Shown here: piece after piece, positions 42,733 through 53,596 of the stretch
How the letters are laid out: every line of letters begins with the position of its first letter
Numbering within the stretch: position 1 is the stretch's first letter
From: an uncultured delta proteobacterium
Lineage (GTDB): Bacteria; Desulfobacterota; BSN033; UBA1163
NCBI GenBank assembly: GCA_963708295.1
Contig: CAVPSJ010000011.1
Coordinates: forward strand, 96,001 to 160,000
Length of the DNA: 64,000 nucleotides
Reading direction: 5' to 3'
Position numbers and translations under genes: made by a program
Notes under the pieces: generated by a model
Databases searched by the model: none
Told to the model about the DNA's origin: nothing
Seen by the model: the letters and a program-made list of their open reading frames with translations, nothing else

Positions 42733-44409
42733 ATGAAAAAAAGCTTGTGGATGTTTAGAAAAATTGATCTAAGCCTCAGGACGGAGGTCATTATTAACAT
42801 CTCCTTTCTCATGTTGGCAGCCATCCTTTTAATCGGCTTCACAATCTCCAACATCAACGAGAGGAATATCGTCCAAGAAAAGACCCGAAGTGGCAAAAGA
42901 ATGATCCAGGATTTTCAAATGATCATAGATTTTATCTCAAAAGACGAAAAAGAGTTTCCATTAAGTCGTCCCCGGATCACAAAAGAGATTCAAGATTTCG
43001 CGCATCTCTATTCAGGAGAGAAGGGGTTTTATGAGTTATTGGTCGTAGATCATCAATTCAATATTATCACCAGCAAGAAATCGGAGTGGATCAATCGGCG
43101 ATCTACCGATCCTTTATTGGAAAAGGCTGTCCGAACAGGGGAATTGAGCGCGGAAATCGAAAAATCAGGAAGCTTTCTTTCACCAACTTATAAGAGAATG
43201 AAACTCCATTCGCCCTTATGGCATCAAGGAAAGATTGTGGGCGGGATTCAAATGGAAGTTCCTATTTTGGATTTGGTAACGAATTTATTAGAATCAAAGA
43301 AAATCATCTTGATCACCATCATTTCCGATGCTCTTGTCCTAATTTTCTTCGGGAGCTTTTTGCTCTCTCGTGTCCTAGTGAACCCGATGAAAGACCTCGT
43401 TCGATTGACAAAAAGAATCAGCGCCGGCGACTTCAGCGAAACGATCGAAGTGACTAACAAGAACGAAATTGGACAACTTCAAGAATCCTTCAATCGAATG
43501 ATTGAGAAGCTGAAAACAAATCAAGAAAGCTTAGGAAATTATCTGGAATCCCTTGAATCGACGAACAAACAACTGAAGCAAGCCCAGGAAGAACTGATCC
43601 GGTCAGAAAAACTTGCGTCCGTTGGAAGGTTCGCCGCGGGCGTAGCCCACGAAGTGGGAAACCCCCTGGGGGCCATTCTGGGGTATACAAGTATTCTGAG
43701 AAAAGAAGGAGTGGAGCGTGAAGAATCCGAAGACTACATGAAGAGGATCGAAAACGAAATAGAACGGATTAACACAATCGTCCGAGGACTTTTGGATTTT
43801 GCTAGGCCATCTAAATTCGAAATACGGGAAGTCGAGATCAATAAAATCATCCAAAGCACCCTTTCTTTATTGGCCTATCAAACAAATTTCAAAAACATCC
43901 AGACTCAGTTGAATCTACAATCTGACCTTCCCTTGATCAAAGGGGACGAGTCTCAGCTTTCTCAAGTGTTTATTAACATCATTTTGAATGCCATCGATGC
44001 CATGCCGAATGGAGGCGTTTTGGAAATTCAAACGAAAGATCATGTCATCGAGTATTTAGATGACGATCGGTCTCAGGAGATATATGCTCCGAGACGTAGA
44101 AGTGATCCCACCGAATTCGATTACTCCCGTTTGCGGAAACTCCCTCCGTATCCACCCGGGTTTACAAAATTCTCAAGAGGGGACCGGCTGGTTAAAGTCG
44201 GAATCACAGATACAGGGATCGGGATTAAGAAAGACGATTTAGAAAATGTTTTTGACCCATTTTTCACAACGAAGGCTCCGAATAAGGGAACCGGACTGGG
44301 TCTATCGATTTCATTAAAGATTGTTGAATCGTTGGGAGGAGAAATCAGAGTGGAGAGTGAACTCGGTAAGGGAACAAGATTTGAAGTGTACTTTCCCGCT
44401 GCTGCTTAA
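42733..44409 (+). CDS. HAMP sensor histidine kinase (PilS2-like position)
   Basis: Two TM helices, HAMP, AHEVGNPL, KGTGLGL; follows pilD. Confidence 0.88.
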   Translation: MKKSLWMFRKIDLSLRTEVIINISFLMLAAILLIGFTISNINERNIVQEKTRSGKRMIQDFQMIIDFISKDEKEFPLSRPRITKEIQDFAHLYSGEKGFYELLVVDHQFNIITSKKSEWINRRSTDPLLEKAVRTGELSAEIEKSGSFLSPTYKRMKLHSPLWHQGKIVGGIQMEVPILDLVTNLLESKKIILITIISDALVLIFFGSFLLSRVLVNPMKDLVRLTKRISAGDFSETIEVTNKNEIGQLQESFNRMIEKLKTNQESLGNYLESLESTNKQLKQAQEELIRSEKLASVGRFAAGVAHEVGNPLGAILGYTSILRKEGVEREESEDYMKRIENEIERINTIVRGLLDFARPSKFEIREVEINKIIQSTLSLLAYQTNFKNIQTQLNLQSDLPLIKGDESQLSQVFINIILNAIDAMPNGGVLEIQTKDHVIEYLDDDRSQEIYAPRRRSDPTEFDYSRLRKLPPYPPGFTKFSRGDRLVKVGITDTGIGIKKDDLENVFDPFFTTKAPNKGTGLGLSISLKIVESLGGEIRVESELGKGTRFEVYFPAAA

Positions 44410-44423
44410 GGAGGAGAGAACAA

Positions 44424-45803
44424 ATGGTTTCTAAACGCATTCTCATTGTCGACGATGAAGAGAGTTTTAGACACATGCTATCCGTGATCTTGGTCAAGGA
44501 GGGCTATGAGGTGGAAACTTCTGCCAACGCAGAGGAGGGACTACGGAAGGCGGCTGCATCGGTCTTTGATCAAATCCTTTGTGATATCCGTATGCCCGGT
44601 ATGGATGGGTTGTCATTTTTACGAGAGATCAAAAAGACCGAAATCGAAGCGACCATCATCGTCATGTCGGCTTACGGAACGGCGGATATTGCCATTGAAG
44701 CGATGAAGCTCGGAGCCTACGATTACATCTCAAAACCCTTTAAGCCGGATGAAATTATTCTGACCTTGAGAAAAGCTGAAGAAAGGGAACAACTCAGGAG
44801 AGAAAATCAGCTTTTGAGAAAGGAGGTGGCGAGGGAGTACAGTTTTGAAAATATCGTCAGCAAAAATGAAAAGATGCAAAAAATATTCGACGTCATCAAG
44901 AAAGTGTCGCAGTATAAATCCACGGTACTCATCACGGGAGAAAGCGGGACGGGAAAAGAATTGGTGGCGAGAGCCCTGCACTATAATAGCGGTCGTTCCC
45001 AAAATCCTTTTATCGCGGTCAATTGCGGAGCGATTCCCGAGAATCTATTGGAGAGTGAACTTTTCGGCCATGCCAAGGGAGCGTTTACCGATGCGATTCG
45101 GACGAAGAAAGGCCTGTTCGAAGAGGCGGATGGAGGAACGCTCTTTTTGGACGAGATTGGAGAATTACCCGGTCCGCTTCAGGTAAAACTCCTCCGTGTG
45201 CTCCAGGATGGAGAGATCAGGAGGGTAGGAGAAGGCAAACCCATTCAGATTGATGTGAGAATCGTGGCTGCCACGGTCAAGGATCTGCAAAAAGAGGTGA
45301 ATGAAGGACGCTTCAGGGAGGACCTATTTTATCGGCTCAACGTTCTCCCTCTTCATATCCCTCCCCTTCGAGAGAGGAAAGAGGATATCCCTTTGCTCAT
45401 CCGTCATTTTATCGCGAAATATAACCAAACGATGAATAAGAACGTAACGAGTGTTGATCACAAGGCGCTGGAAATGCTGATGAGCTATAAGTGGTTTGGG
45501 AATGTAAGGGAACTTGAAAATACGATCGAAAGAGCGATCGTACTTTCCGAGAAGAATAACATTGAGTCGGAAAATTTGCCCGGCGAGATTTCAGATTTTA
45601 AGGAGGAATTAAAGATCGAGACTTTGCCCGATGAAGAATACTCAATCAAGAAAGCCTCTAAATCTTTGGAGATCAATTTAATCAAAAAAGCCCTGAAAAA
45701 GACAAAGGGAAACCATACTCATGCGGCAAGGCTGCTTGAAATTAGCCACCGCGCCCTGCTTTACAAAATTAAGGAATACGAAATTGTCGAAAATGGACTG
45801 TAG
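44424..45803 (+). CDS. Sigma54-dependent response regulator (PilR2-like position)
   Basis: [20 protein letters not shown] ([12 protein letters not shown]). Confidence 0.9.
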   Translation: MVSKRILIVDDEESFRHMLSVILVKEGYEVETSANAEEGLRKAAASVFDQILCDIRMPGMDGLSFLREIKKTEIEATIIVMSAYGTADIAIEAMKLGAYDYISKPFKPDEIILTLRKAEEREQLRRENQLLRKEVAREYSFENIVSKNEKMQKIFDVIKKVSQYKSTVLITGESGTGKELVARALHYNSGRSQNPFIAVNCGAIPENLLESELFGHAKGAFTDAIRTKKGLFEEADGGTLFLDEIGELPGPLQVKLLRVLQDGEIRRVGEGKPIQIDVRIVAATVKDLQKEVNEGRFREDLFYRLNVLPLHIPPLRERKEDIPLLIRHFIAKYNQTMNKNVTSVDHKALEMLMSYKWFGNVRELENTIERAIVLSEKNNIESENLPGEISDFKEELKIETLPDEEYSIKKASKSLEINLIKKALKKTKGNHTHAARLLEISHRALLYKIKEYEIVENGL

Positions 45804-46021
45804 ATTATCGGCAACAAAACACACAGATCTGCTGAGTTTTTCATTCAAATTTCCCTTAAAGCTATGCAATATTTTCCTAATTAATTTAAACTTTTCATAA
45901 GCAATAGGAAACACAATTACAGGAGATTATTTCCTAAATGCTTAATCTTTGCCACCAACCCCTTTAATCTATTCAATAATTCTATACGACAGTTTTTCCC
46001 TTCCCAGAACCTGAAATCCAT

Positions 46022-46037
46022 TGGTACAGGTTTTGCA
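46022..46037 (+). promoter_or_regulatory. Sigma54 promoter of minor-pilin set 1
   Basis: TGGTAC-AGGTT-TTGCA (GG-N10-GC) after an AT-rich tract, ~40 nt before the pilV start. Confidence 0.72.
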
Positions 46038-46074
46038 ACCCCTTAGCTCAAAATCAATTCCCGGAGGCGAGACT

Positions 46075-46467
46075 TTGAGCCGCTTTAAGAAATCAAAAGG
46101 ATTCTCACTTATTGAGGTGCTTATCGCATTAGTTATTTTATCTGTCTCATTATTAGCCCTCGCGGGTTTGATGGTGACGACAACGAGGAGCAATTCGTTT
46201 GGAGGCCACCTGACCGAGGCTGTCACATTCGCCCAACAAAGACTCGAAGCGTTAAGAGTCGCTCCTTATAACACGATCGTAACTCCGGGAGGCCCAGTGA
46301 CCCAAACGGGTGTTCCGTCTGGAATTGATTACGCGATTAATTGGGTCGTGACCCCCAATGGGGATAATTCTTTAAGAAGAGTCACGATGACGGTCAATTG
46401 GAATGATGGAGTCACTCATTCATTCAGCATTGTAACCGTGATAAAGAATCCTGGCAGCGGGATATGA
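46075..46467 (+). CDS. pilV: Minor pilin PilV (set 1)
   Basis: G|FSLIEVLIALVIL; TTG start at 46075 with GGAGG SD (the ORF-track start lies inside the promoter). Confidence 0.85.
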   Translation: MSRFKKSKGFSLIEVLIALVILSVSLLALAGLMVTTTRSNSFGGHLTEAVTFAQQRLEALRVAPYNTIVTPGGPVTQTGVPSGIDYAINWVVTPNGDNSLRRVTMTVNWNDGVTHSFSIVTVIKNPGSGI

Positions 46468-47162
46468 CAAGCGCAAATAGCGGAGAAAGGCGTAACCCTA
46501 TGCTGTTGAAATCAGTCCTGGATAGAAAAGGTATTACCCTGATTGAATTGATGGTGGCACTGGTGATTTCTGGAATAGTGATTGGTGCGGTTTACCGTCT
46601 CTTCATCGTTCAAACAAGGGCTTATAGCGTTCAGGATCAAGTTGTAGAGATTCAGCAGAATGTCCGAAGTGCGATGGAAGTTTTGTTGCGGGATCTCCGT
46701 ATGGCAGGGTGCGACGATGATAACACGGTTGGAAAGCCATCGCTTGTTCCAATGGTCACTCCTGTCGCCGACAATGCCATTACTGTAAGCTACAGATATT
46801 ATGACCAAAACAACGCATTGAATCGGATAACAGCCGCTTACACTCTGGTTGGGACGGATTTACAAAGGCAGCTGACTCTTAATGGGGTAGGTAATCCAGC
46901 AGAGGTCATCTTGCCAAATGTGAATTCATTCATCTTGACTTACGGTATTGACGCAGACGGAAACCGAATCGTGGATGATCAGAACGGAAACGGCATTGTC
47001 GATACGGGTGATTATGTCCTTGCCGGCGCCGTAGGAGCAAGTAGGGTCATTAGTGTCCGCGTACAGTTATCGGCAAATCCTTCACCAAGTAATCCGGATG
47101 CGGTAGCCCAAGTTTCTCCAAGAAGGTTAGATTCCGTCGTCACACTGAGGAACCTTCTCTAA
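46464..47162 (+). CDS. pilW: Minor pilin PilW (set 1)
   Basis: G|ITLIELMVAL, QQNVRSAM...DLRMAG, YGIDADGN, VTLRN end. Confidence 0.85.
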   Translation: MTSANSGERRNPMLLKSVLDRKGITLIELMVALVISGIVIGAVYRLFIVQTRAYSVQDQVVEIQQNVRSAMEVLLRDLRMAGCDDDNTVGKPSLVPMVTPVADNAITVSYRYYDQNNALNRITAAYTLVGTDLQRQLTLNGVGNPAEVILPNVNSFILTYGIDADGNRIVDDQNGNGIVDTGDYVLAGAVGASRVISVRVQLSANPSPSNPDAVAQVSPRRLDSVVTLRNLL

Positions 47163-47193
47163 GAGGGAAAGTTTTGACTGAGAGGATGCATCG

Positions 47194-47727
47194 ATGATGA
47201 CAAAAAGAATCGGTATTAAATTGAATAATCAATCGGGCGCCGCTCTCGTGATCGCCCTGATCATGATGATTGTCCTAACGCTGATCGGTCTTGCTTCGAC
47301 CTTTAGTTCAACATTTGAGAGCAAGCTTTCAGGGAATAAAAGGGAGTCGACAGGCGCTTTCTTTACAGCCGATTCGGGTCTCGAGGCCGCTAAGTCTACC
47401 AGAACAAATTTTGATACCACCACAGGCGATTATGTGACCCCCGGCGCAGTTCCGGCCAACCTCGCCGATGAGGCAATCGATTTGGTGCGAACAGGAACTA
47501 ACCTCAATTTACCAGGCGGTTTAACTTTTACAATCCCCCCAGCAGTTACCATTTACCATTTGAGAGCAGGAGGGGAAGGTATCCGGTCCTATCGATCGGA
47601 TCGCTACATTATCGATTCAACCGGGCGGGACCAGCTCGCGGGTCTTGCCTTATTAGGGTCCAGATGCGAGATCAGGGAGAAACGGTTGTTACGGAGCCTT
47701 GGTCCGTTCAGTGAAATGGAAAACTAA
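47194..47727 (+). CDS. pilX: Minor pilin PilX (set 1)
   Basis: G|AALVIALIMMIVLTLIG lacking Glu5, SGN...AFFTADSG. Confidence 0.85.
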   Translation: MMTKRIGIKLNNQSGAALVIALIMMIVLTLIGLASTFSSTFESKLSGNKRESTGAFFTADSGLEAAKSTRTNFDTTTGDYVTPGAVPANLADEAIDLVRTGTNLNLPGGLTFTIPPAVTIYHLRAGGEGIRSYRSDRYIIDSTGRDQLAGLALLGSRCEIREKRLLRSLGPFSEMEN

Positions 47728-47739
47728 GAGGAGAATACT

Positions 47740-50700
47740 ATGAAGGTGCTGAAAACCTTAACGATTTCTTTCTTATTCATGGTTTTATTGAATCATTCAT
47801 CTTTCGCCCATGACACGGACCTTTATATCGCAGAGGGGCAGGGAGTCGAACCCAATATCCTGATTCTGTTTGATAACTCGGGCAGCATGGGTGAATACGT
47901 AATGACCCGTTATTATCAAGATGGTATCAGACTATGGCGCTACCCCCCCGACGGCGGACCGAGACACGGTCTATAGGAAGCAGGGGAGCACTTTTAGTTT
48001 CTTTGCAGCCGACATTTCCAATGTTGCATGCAATCACGCAAGAACTTCACTAAGAAATACCGGTCACTATACGGGCGGTACAAATTCAAGTTGCGGAGGG
48101 AGCTCGCGGACGCTCTGGACCGGAAACTACAGAAATTATATTGCCTCCGGTGGAGACATTTCGGAGAAAAAGATAGATATTGCTAAGAGGGTGATGACAG
48201 ACTTTTTGACTGCGATTAACGGCGTACGAATCGGCGCATTCGTCTTTAATACCGATGAAGGAGGCCGGGTTCAGACCACCGTTAAGAGTCTTACGGATAC
48301 GGAGCGGGCACAATTAATTACCGACTTTAATGCCATCAATCCTGAAACATGGACCCCTCTTGCAGAGACGCTTTATGAAATTGGACTCTATTTTAAGGGG
48401 GGTCGAAGTTATTTCAATTCTGGAGTGAATTATATAAGCCCGATTCAATATTCTTGCCAGAAGAATTACGTCATCATCATTACGGACGGAAACTCCACTC
48501 AAGACCGAAGCTCGGTACTGGCTAATGGTGCGACTGTAAGCGGTGTTGTTTATCCGGCCATCGGAGACCGGGATGGGGACCAGAAAGAGCCGATCGGTGC
48601 AACCCATGATCCACACTATGCCGATGATGGATCCGATTATCTCGACGACGTTGCTAAATATCTCTATGATACGGATCTTCGATCTGACCTGACCGGTGTA
48701 CAAAATATTGTCACTTACACCATCGGTTTTACGGCCGGCTCAAACGTTGACCTTCTCGAGAGGACTGCGATCAATGGACACGGAAGATATTACTATTCCC
48801 AGGATGCCCAAACATTATCATTTGCCTTTCAAAACATCATTGATGAAATTTTGGAGGAGACCTCTTCCTTCGTTGCGCCCGTTGTTCCCGTGGACCGAAT
48901 GGAGCGAACCCAGTCCGGTCATTATATCTATATCGCTTTATTCAAACCCAAGAATCACAAAATGTGGAGCGGAAATATAAAAAAGTTTCAACTCGCTGAT
49001 AATGGAGATATCCTGGACGCAAACGGCACCCTTGCCATCGACCCGAGCACGCATCAATTTTATCCGGCGATCCATTCTTTTTGGACGAGCGGAACTCTTT
49101 TAGATGGGGGAGATGCAGAAAGAGGCGGGGTCGGGGAGGTGCTTATGAACCGGAATTTCGCATCCAAGTCCCAGAAAAATATACACTTACAATACCGATG
49201 TGGGAAATAGTGTTTTAACGCACACCTCCAATGCTTTTACCAAGACAAACGCCTTTATTACGCCCGCGCGGTTAGGCGTGGGCACCGATACGACAGAGCG
49301 TGACAAACTGGTCGACTTTGTTTATGGGTACGATGCCTACGACGAAGACGGAAATGGGATCACCAATGAGAAAAGGGATTGGATTTTAGGCTCGTTTCTT
49401 CATTCGAAACCCTTCATCGTTCACTACGATTCCATGGATGTGGTTTTTGCCGGGGCCAATGATGGGATGCTTCATGCCTTTAAGGATAGCGACGGCGAGG
49501 AACTCTGGGGGTTTATTCCTCCTGATCTTTTGAACAGGCTGAAGGCGCTCCATGCCGATGTCCTGGAGATGTTTGTGGACGGCTCCCCCAAAGCCTACAT
49601 TTCTCGGAATAGTGATGGCACGATTCAACGAGTCATTCTTATCTTTGGATTGAGGAGAGGTGGAAATCACTACTACGCCCTTGATGTCACCGATCCGGTG
49701 GCCCCTCAGTATCTGTGGGAAATTGATCCCGACGCTGCGGGGTCTCCTTACGCACTCATGGGGCAATCCTGGTCAGCACCGACCCTGGGACAGGTTGCCT
49801 GCCTCACGGGAACCCCGAATTGTCCCGCAACGGGGAGAAGGTGGGTGGCTTTTATCGGCGGCGGGTTTGACACGGATCAAGACCTCGACGTTCCACCTGC
49901 TTCCGACCACCTGGGAACGGCTGTTTATGCTGTCAATATATTCGACGGTTCGCTTGTGGCGGGATTTACTCCTGCTACCTATACGGGGATGACCCATGCC
50001 ATTCCCAGCGATATTGTAAAAGTGGACACGGATTATGACGGAATCGTGGAGCGGCTTTATGTCGGAGACCTCGGGGGCCAAATGTGGCGGTTTAATGTCA
50101 GTGATACGGATCCGAATAATTGGTCCGCGAGCGTTCTTTTCACCTCTGCGTCCGGCACAAAGATATTTTATCCACCCGATGTGACTTTAGAATGGAATTC
50201 TGCGACAAGGCGAGGGTATGAGATGGTGTTTTTTGGAACTGGAGATCGGGAGCATCCAAAAGAGACTGCCGTCGTCAACCGACTCTATGCCGTAAAAGAC
50301 ACGAGCAGTGGGACAACATTAACAGAAAGCGATCTTTACGATGTTACCTCCGATGAGTTGCAACAGGCCGGAACGACTGACCAAAGAAAAACTGAAATAT
50401 TAGCTGCCTTGAATACGGCGGCCGGATGGTATATCCAATTTGAGTCAGGCGAAAAAGCTCTTTCGGCTGCAGTCGTATTTAATCAGAACGTTAATTTTAC
50501 CACCTATACACCCCCTCCGGAGAGTGGGGGTGACCCTTGTTATGTTGGGGAGGGGCAAGGCAGAGTATACAAAGTAAATTATTTGACAGCCTGTGCCGTA
50601 TTGGATTTTGACCATTCAGGACAGTTAACAGCGAGAGATCGATACGATTATGCGGGCCACGGGATTCCGTCTGGCGTTGTGATCGCCATCCTGCCTAATA

Positions 50701-50801
50701 CGATCATGGAATATACGGGAATAGGAGGAGGAATCTATTACAGGCAACCAGGGGGTTCACCGGGCACGAACGTTAGGGAATATTGGAAGATTGTTTTTTG
50801 A
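47740..50801 (+). CDS. pilY1: PilY1 tip adhesin (vWA plus beta-propeller); apparent frameshifts near 47925 and 49170-49200
   Basis: Signal peptide, MIDAS DNSGS, TPLAETL, ITDG, GANDGMLHAF, YVGDLGGQMWRF, FGTGD. Confidence 0.9.
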
Positions 50802-50815
50802 GAGGAGGAGGAATT

Positions 50816-51175
50816 GTGAAAAAGCGTGACTTGATTAAAAGGATGATGATCTTTGTTTTGTCGTCTGTGGTTATCTTTTCGACTCTAAGTGTTGCGTCTG
50901 GACAGGCTGTATATAAGAATCAAGGGTCAATTTTGCAAATAGATCATAAAAATAATACGATGATTGTTAACGAGAGACATCTTGTTTGGAATCAAAACAC
51001 AGCTTTTTACGATAGCAAGGGTTCTCTCACAGATCTAGGAGGATTCAAGCTTAAATCATGGGTATATATTGAGGGGACGACAAACAGGAACAATATCATC
51101 TTAATCGAAAAGATTTACTTACTCCCTAAATATGTTGGAAAGAAAGAGAAAAACCGTTATCCCTTTATGGAATAA
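50816..51175 (+). CDS. Small exported hypothetical protein
   Basis: GTG start with GGAGGAGG SD, signal peptide, beta-rich ~100 aa domain. Confidence 0.6.
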   Translation: MKKRDLIKRMMIFVLSSVVIFSTLSVASGQAVYKNQGSILQIDHKNNTMIVNERHLVWNQNTAFYDSKGSLTDLGGFKLKSWVYIEGTTNRNNIILIEKIYLLPKYVGKKEKNRYPFME

Positions 51176-51197
51176 GGGGGGGCAGCGCTGCCGACCG

Positions 51198-52121
51198 ATG
51201 ATTCTTGATCGAGCCATAGCCCTCATTCCTATTTTACTTATTCTTTGGGGAAGTTTATCCTGCGGTAGGCAAGAGATCACCGAGCCTAAGAGGCCGGGGA
51301 ATGCCCCGCCTCTTATTACCTCGGTCAGAATTCTACCGGAGCATCCGACGAAAGTGAGTATATTAAGCTTGGTCATCCAAAGCAAGGACCCAGGCGGCAA
51401 GCCCGTCGTTTACCGTTGCCAATGGCTGAGGAATAATGAGGAAATGACTGGGGAAGATAAAGAGACACTAAAATGTGATGGTCTCAACAAGGGCGATCTC
51501 ATCCAGGTTAGAGTGATTCCATCGGATGGAACAGCGAATGGAGAGCCATTTCTATCTGCTTCTGCTAAGATCCTCAACTCTCTACCGGTGATTCAAGAAG
51601 TGCGAATTGAACCCAGGTTGGCCGGCAATGAAGATCTAAAGGTCTTCGCAAAAGGCTTTGACGCCGATGGAGACCCCGTTCATTATACCTATCAATGGGA
51701 AAAGAGCGGGGTGATTTTAAGTGAAGAAAAGACTGAAATCTTAGAGAGGGGAAAATTTAGAAAAGGGGATTCCATCGCTGTGATCGTGACGCCGGGTGAT
51801 GGTGAATCGACGGGCATGCCCAAAAAATCAGGACCCACTCTTATTCCCAATAGCTCCCCGATCATCGTTTCTTCTCCTTCTAATACAATAAGTGGAAGTG
51901 TTTACACGTATCAGGTCAAGGCGGATGATCCCGACCATGACCCGATCACTTTCAGCTTGAAAACCGGGCCTAAAGGAATGGAGATTGACAAGGAGACTGG
52001 CTTAATCCGCTGGCAGATCGTGAAGGGGGATCGTGGAACACAAACCGTAGAGATCGAAGCCTCCGATACGGAAGGGGCGAAGAGCCTCCAAAGATACACA
52101 TTGGCCATCGAGTTCAGATAA
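51198..52121 (+). CDS. Lipoprotein with tandem Ig-like beta-sandwich repeats
   Basis: Lipobox LSC; three repeats starting N(A/S)xPxI, with DxDxDP and YxYQ motifs. Confidence 0.7.
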   Translation: MILDRAIALIPILLILWGSLSCGRQEITEPKRPGNAPPLITSVRILPEHPTKVSILSLVIQSKDPGGKPVVYRCQWLRNNEEMTGEDKETLKCDGLNKGDLIQVRVIPSDGTANGEPFLSASAKILNSLPVIQEVRIEPRLAGNEDLKVFAKGFDADGDPVHYTYQWEKSGVILSEEKTEILERGKFRKGDSIAVIVTPGDGESTGMPKKSGPTLIPNSSPIIVSSPSNTISGSVYTYQVKADDPDHDPITFSLKTGPKGMEIDKETGLIRWQIVKGDRGTQTVEIEASDTEGAKSLQRYTLAIEFR

Positions 52122-52145
52122 GATGAGACACCTATGGAGTGAAAA

Positions 52146-52589
52146 ATGAATAAAAGAGGGGTAACATTAGTTGAATTGATTGTTGTCCTTGTTATCATTG
52201 CTATCGGAGCCACATTAATGGTCCCGGGATTTACTCGATGGATGCCTAAATATCGCTTAAGAAGTGCGACCAGAGAAATTGTCTCCACGATGAGGGCTGC
52301 CCAGTTGAGAGCAGTAGCAAATAGTTTTGATTATCAGGTAATATTCACGCCTGCTGGCCCGGGTCTCGGAACCTACATCCTTCAGCGTAACTCAGGAGGA
52401 TTGAGTACCAATGACGGAATCGCCCAAACCGTTCCGGAGGGAATAACCTTTGCGACAACCTTTCCTGGTAATACAGTCGTCTTCAACTCCAATTCAACGG
52501 CGACACCCGGCAGTGTTACTGTATCAAACCCCCAAGATCAAAGGACGATAAGGGTCTTATCTTCCAACGGAAGAGTCTCGGCTCAATGA
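52146..52589 (+). CDS. FimT/FimU-like minor pilin (set 1)
   Basis: G|VTLVELIVVL, YRLRSATREIVSTMRAAQLRAV, GRV end. Confidence 0.85.
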   Translation: MNKRGVTLVELIVVLVIIAIGATLMVPGFTRWMPKYRLRSATREIVSTMRAAQLRAVANSFDYQVIFTPAGPGLGTYILQRNSGGLSTNDGIAQTVPEGITFATTFPGNTVVFNSNSTATPGSVTVSNPQDQRTIRVLSSNGRVSAQ

Positions 52590-52712
52590 ATCGACCCACC
52601 GGCCAAAATCAAGAATCTCCTCTCTAAATTCCTTCACGTTTTGATCTGACCCCGCCTCCATTCCCCTTAGACGATGCATGGGTTCCACAAGCGAATCATC
52701 CAAGAAATATTA

Positions 52713-52740
52713 TTGACAAATGTCTTGAATTCAATACAAT
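52713..52740 (+). promoter_or_regulatory. Sigma70-type promoter of minor-pilin set 2
   Basis: TTGACA-N16-TACAAT just upstream of the second fimT-like gene. Confidence 0.6.
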
Positions 52741-52755
52741 GAAGCAGATAGAGGA

Positions 52756-53226
52756 TTGAACCTACCGAACCCGATGAATCAACGAGGTTTCACATTAATT
52801 GAATTGGTCGTGGTCACGGTCATTATTGCGGTCGGCGCTTTATGGCTAGTTCCTAACCTCGGCGCCTGGTTGCCGAATTACCGTTTGAGAAGTGCATCGA
52901 GAGATATTGTATCAACGATGAGGGCGGCTCAAATGAAAGCCGTTTCTAATAACGCTCAATACCGTGTCAATTTAGACGATGCCGAAATCGGAGTTGCAGG
53001 CAGTTATATCCTTCAGCGCAACTCCGGAGGGGGGTGGGTGAATGACGGAGCACTCCAAACACTTCCCACCGGGATTACGATCAACACCGGCCAATTGCCT
53101 GCGGGCAGGGTTATCTTTAACCCTAATTCCACATCCTCGGCTGGAAGTGTAACATTACAAAATAAGAGAGGAATGCTGCGAAAGATTACAATTACACCTG
53201 CGACGGGAAGGATAAGAATTGAATAA
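52756..53226 (+). CDS. FimT/FimU-like minor pilin (set 2)
   Basis: G|FTLIELVVV, YRLRSASRDIVSTMRAAQMKAV; close paralogue of 52146..52589. Confidence 0.85.
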   Translation: MNLPNPMNQRGFTLIELVVVTVIIAVGALWLVPNLGAWLPNYRLRSASRDIVSTMRAAQMKAVSNNAQYRVNLDDAEIGVAGSYILQRNSGGGWVNDGALQTLPTGITINTGQLPAGRVIFNPNSTSSAGSVTLQNKRGMLRKITITPATGRIRIE

Positions 53227-53596
53227 GGAGCTTGAAAAACCCAACGGGTTCACCCTAATCGAAGTGGCGGCCTGCTTGATCATTTTGGCTGTAGGTCTTC
53301 TCGCAATTGCGGCGATGCAAATCACTTCGACAAAGGGTGGCACCTTCAGTAGTCACCTCACCCAGGCCACCTTTATTGCTCAAGACAAACTGGAATATTT
53401 AAAGAATCTGTCTTACAGCGATTCCAATTTAAGCAACGGAGAACACAACGAAGGCATTCTACCCGGGACGATCTTTTCAAGGCAACATCATATTGTGGAG
53501 GATGCTGGAAATTCAATGAAGACGATTACCGTAACTGTTTTGTGGACAGATCGAGGGAATCACAGCGTCTCTCTTTCAACGATGAGGGCGAAATAA
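53219..53596 (+). CDS. pilV: Minor pilin PilV (set 2)
   Basis: G|FTLIEVAACLIILAVGLLAIAAMQ, AQDKLE. Confidence 0.82.
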   Translation: MNKELEKPNGFTLIEVAACLIILAVGLLAIAAMQITSTKGGTFSSHLTQATFIAQDKLEYLKNLSYSDSNLSNGEHNEGILPGTIFSRQHHIVEDAGNSMKTITVTVLWTDRGNHSVSLSTMRAK

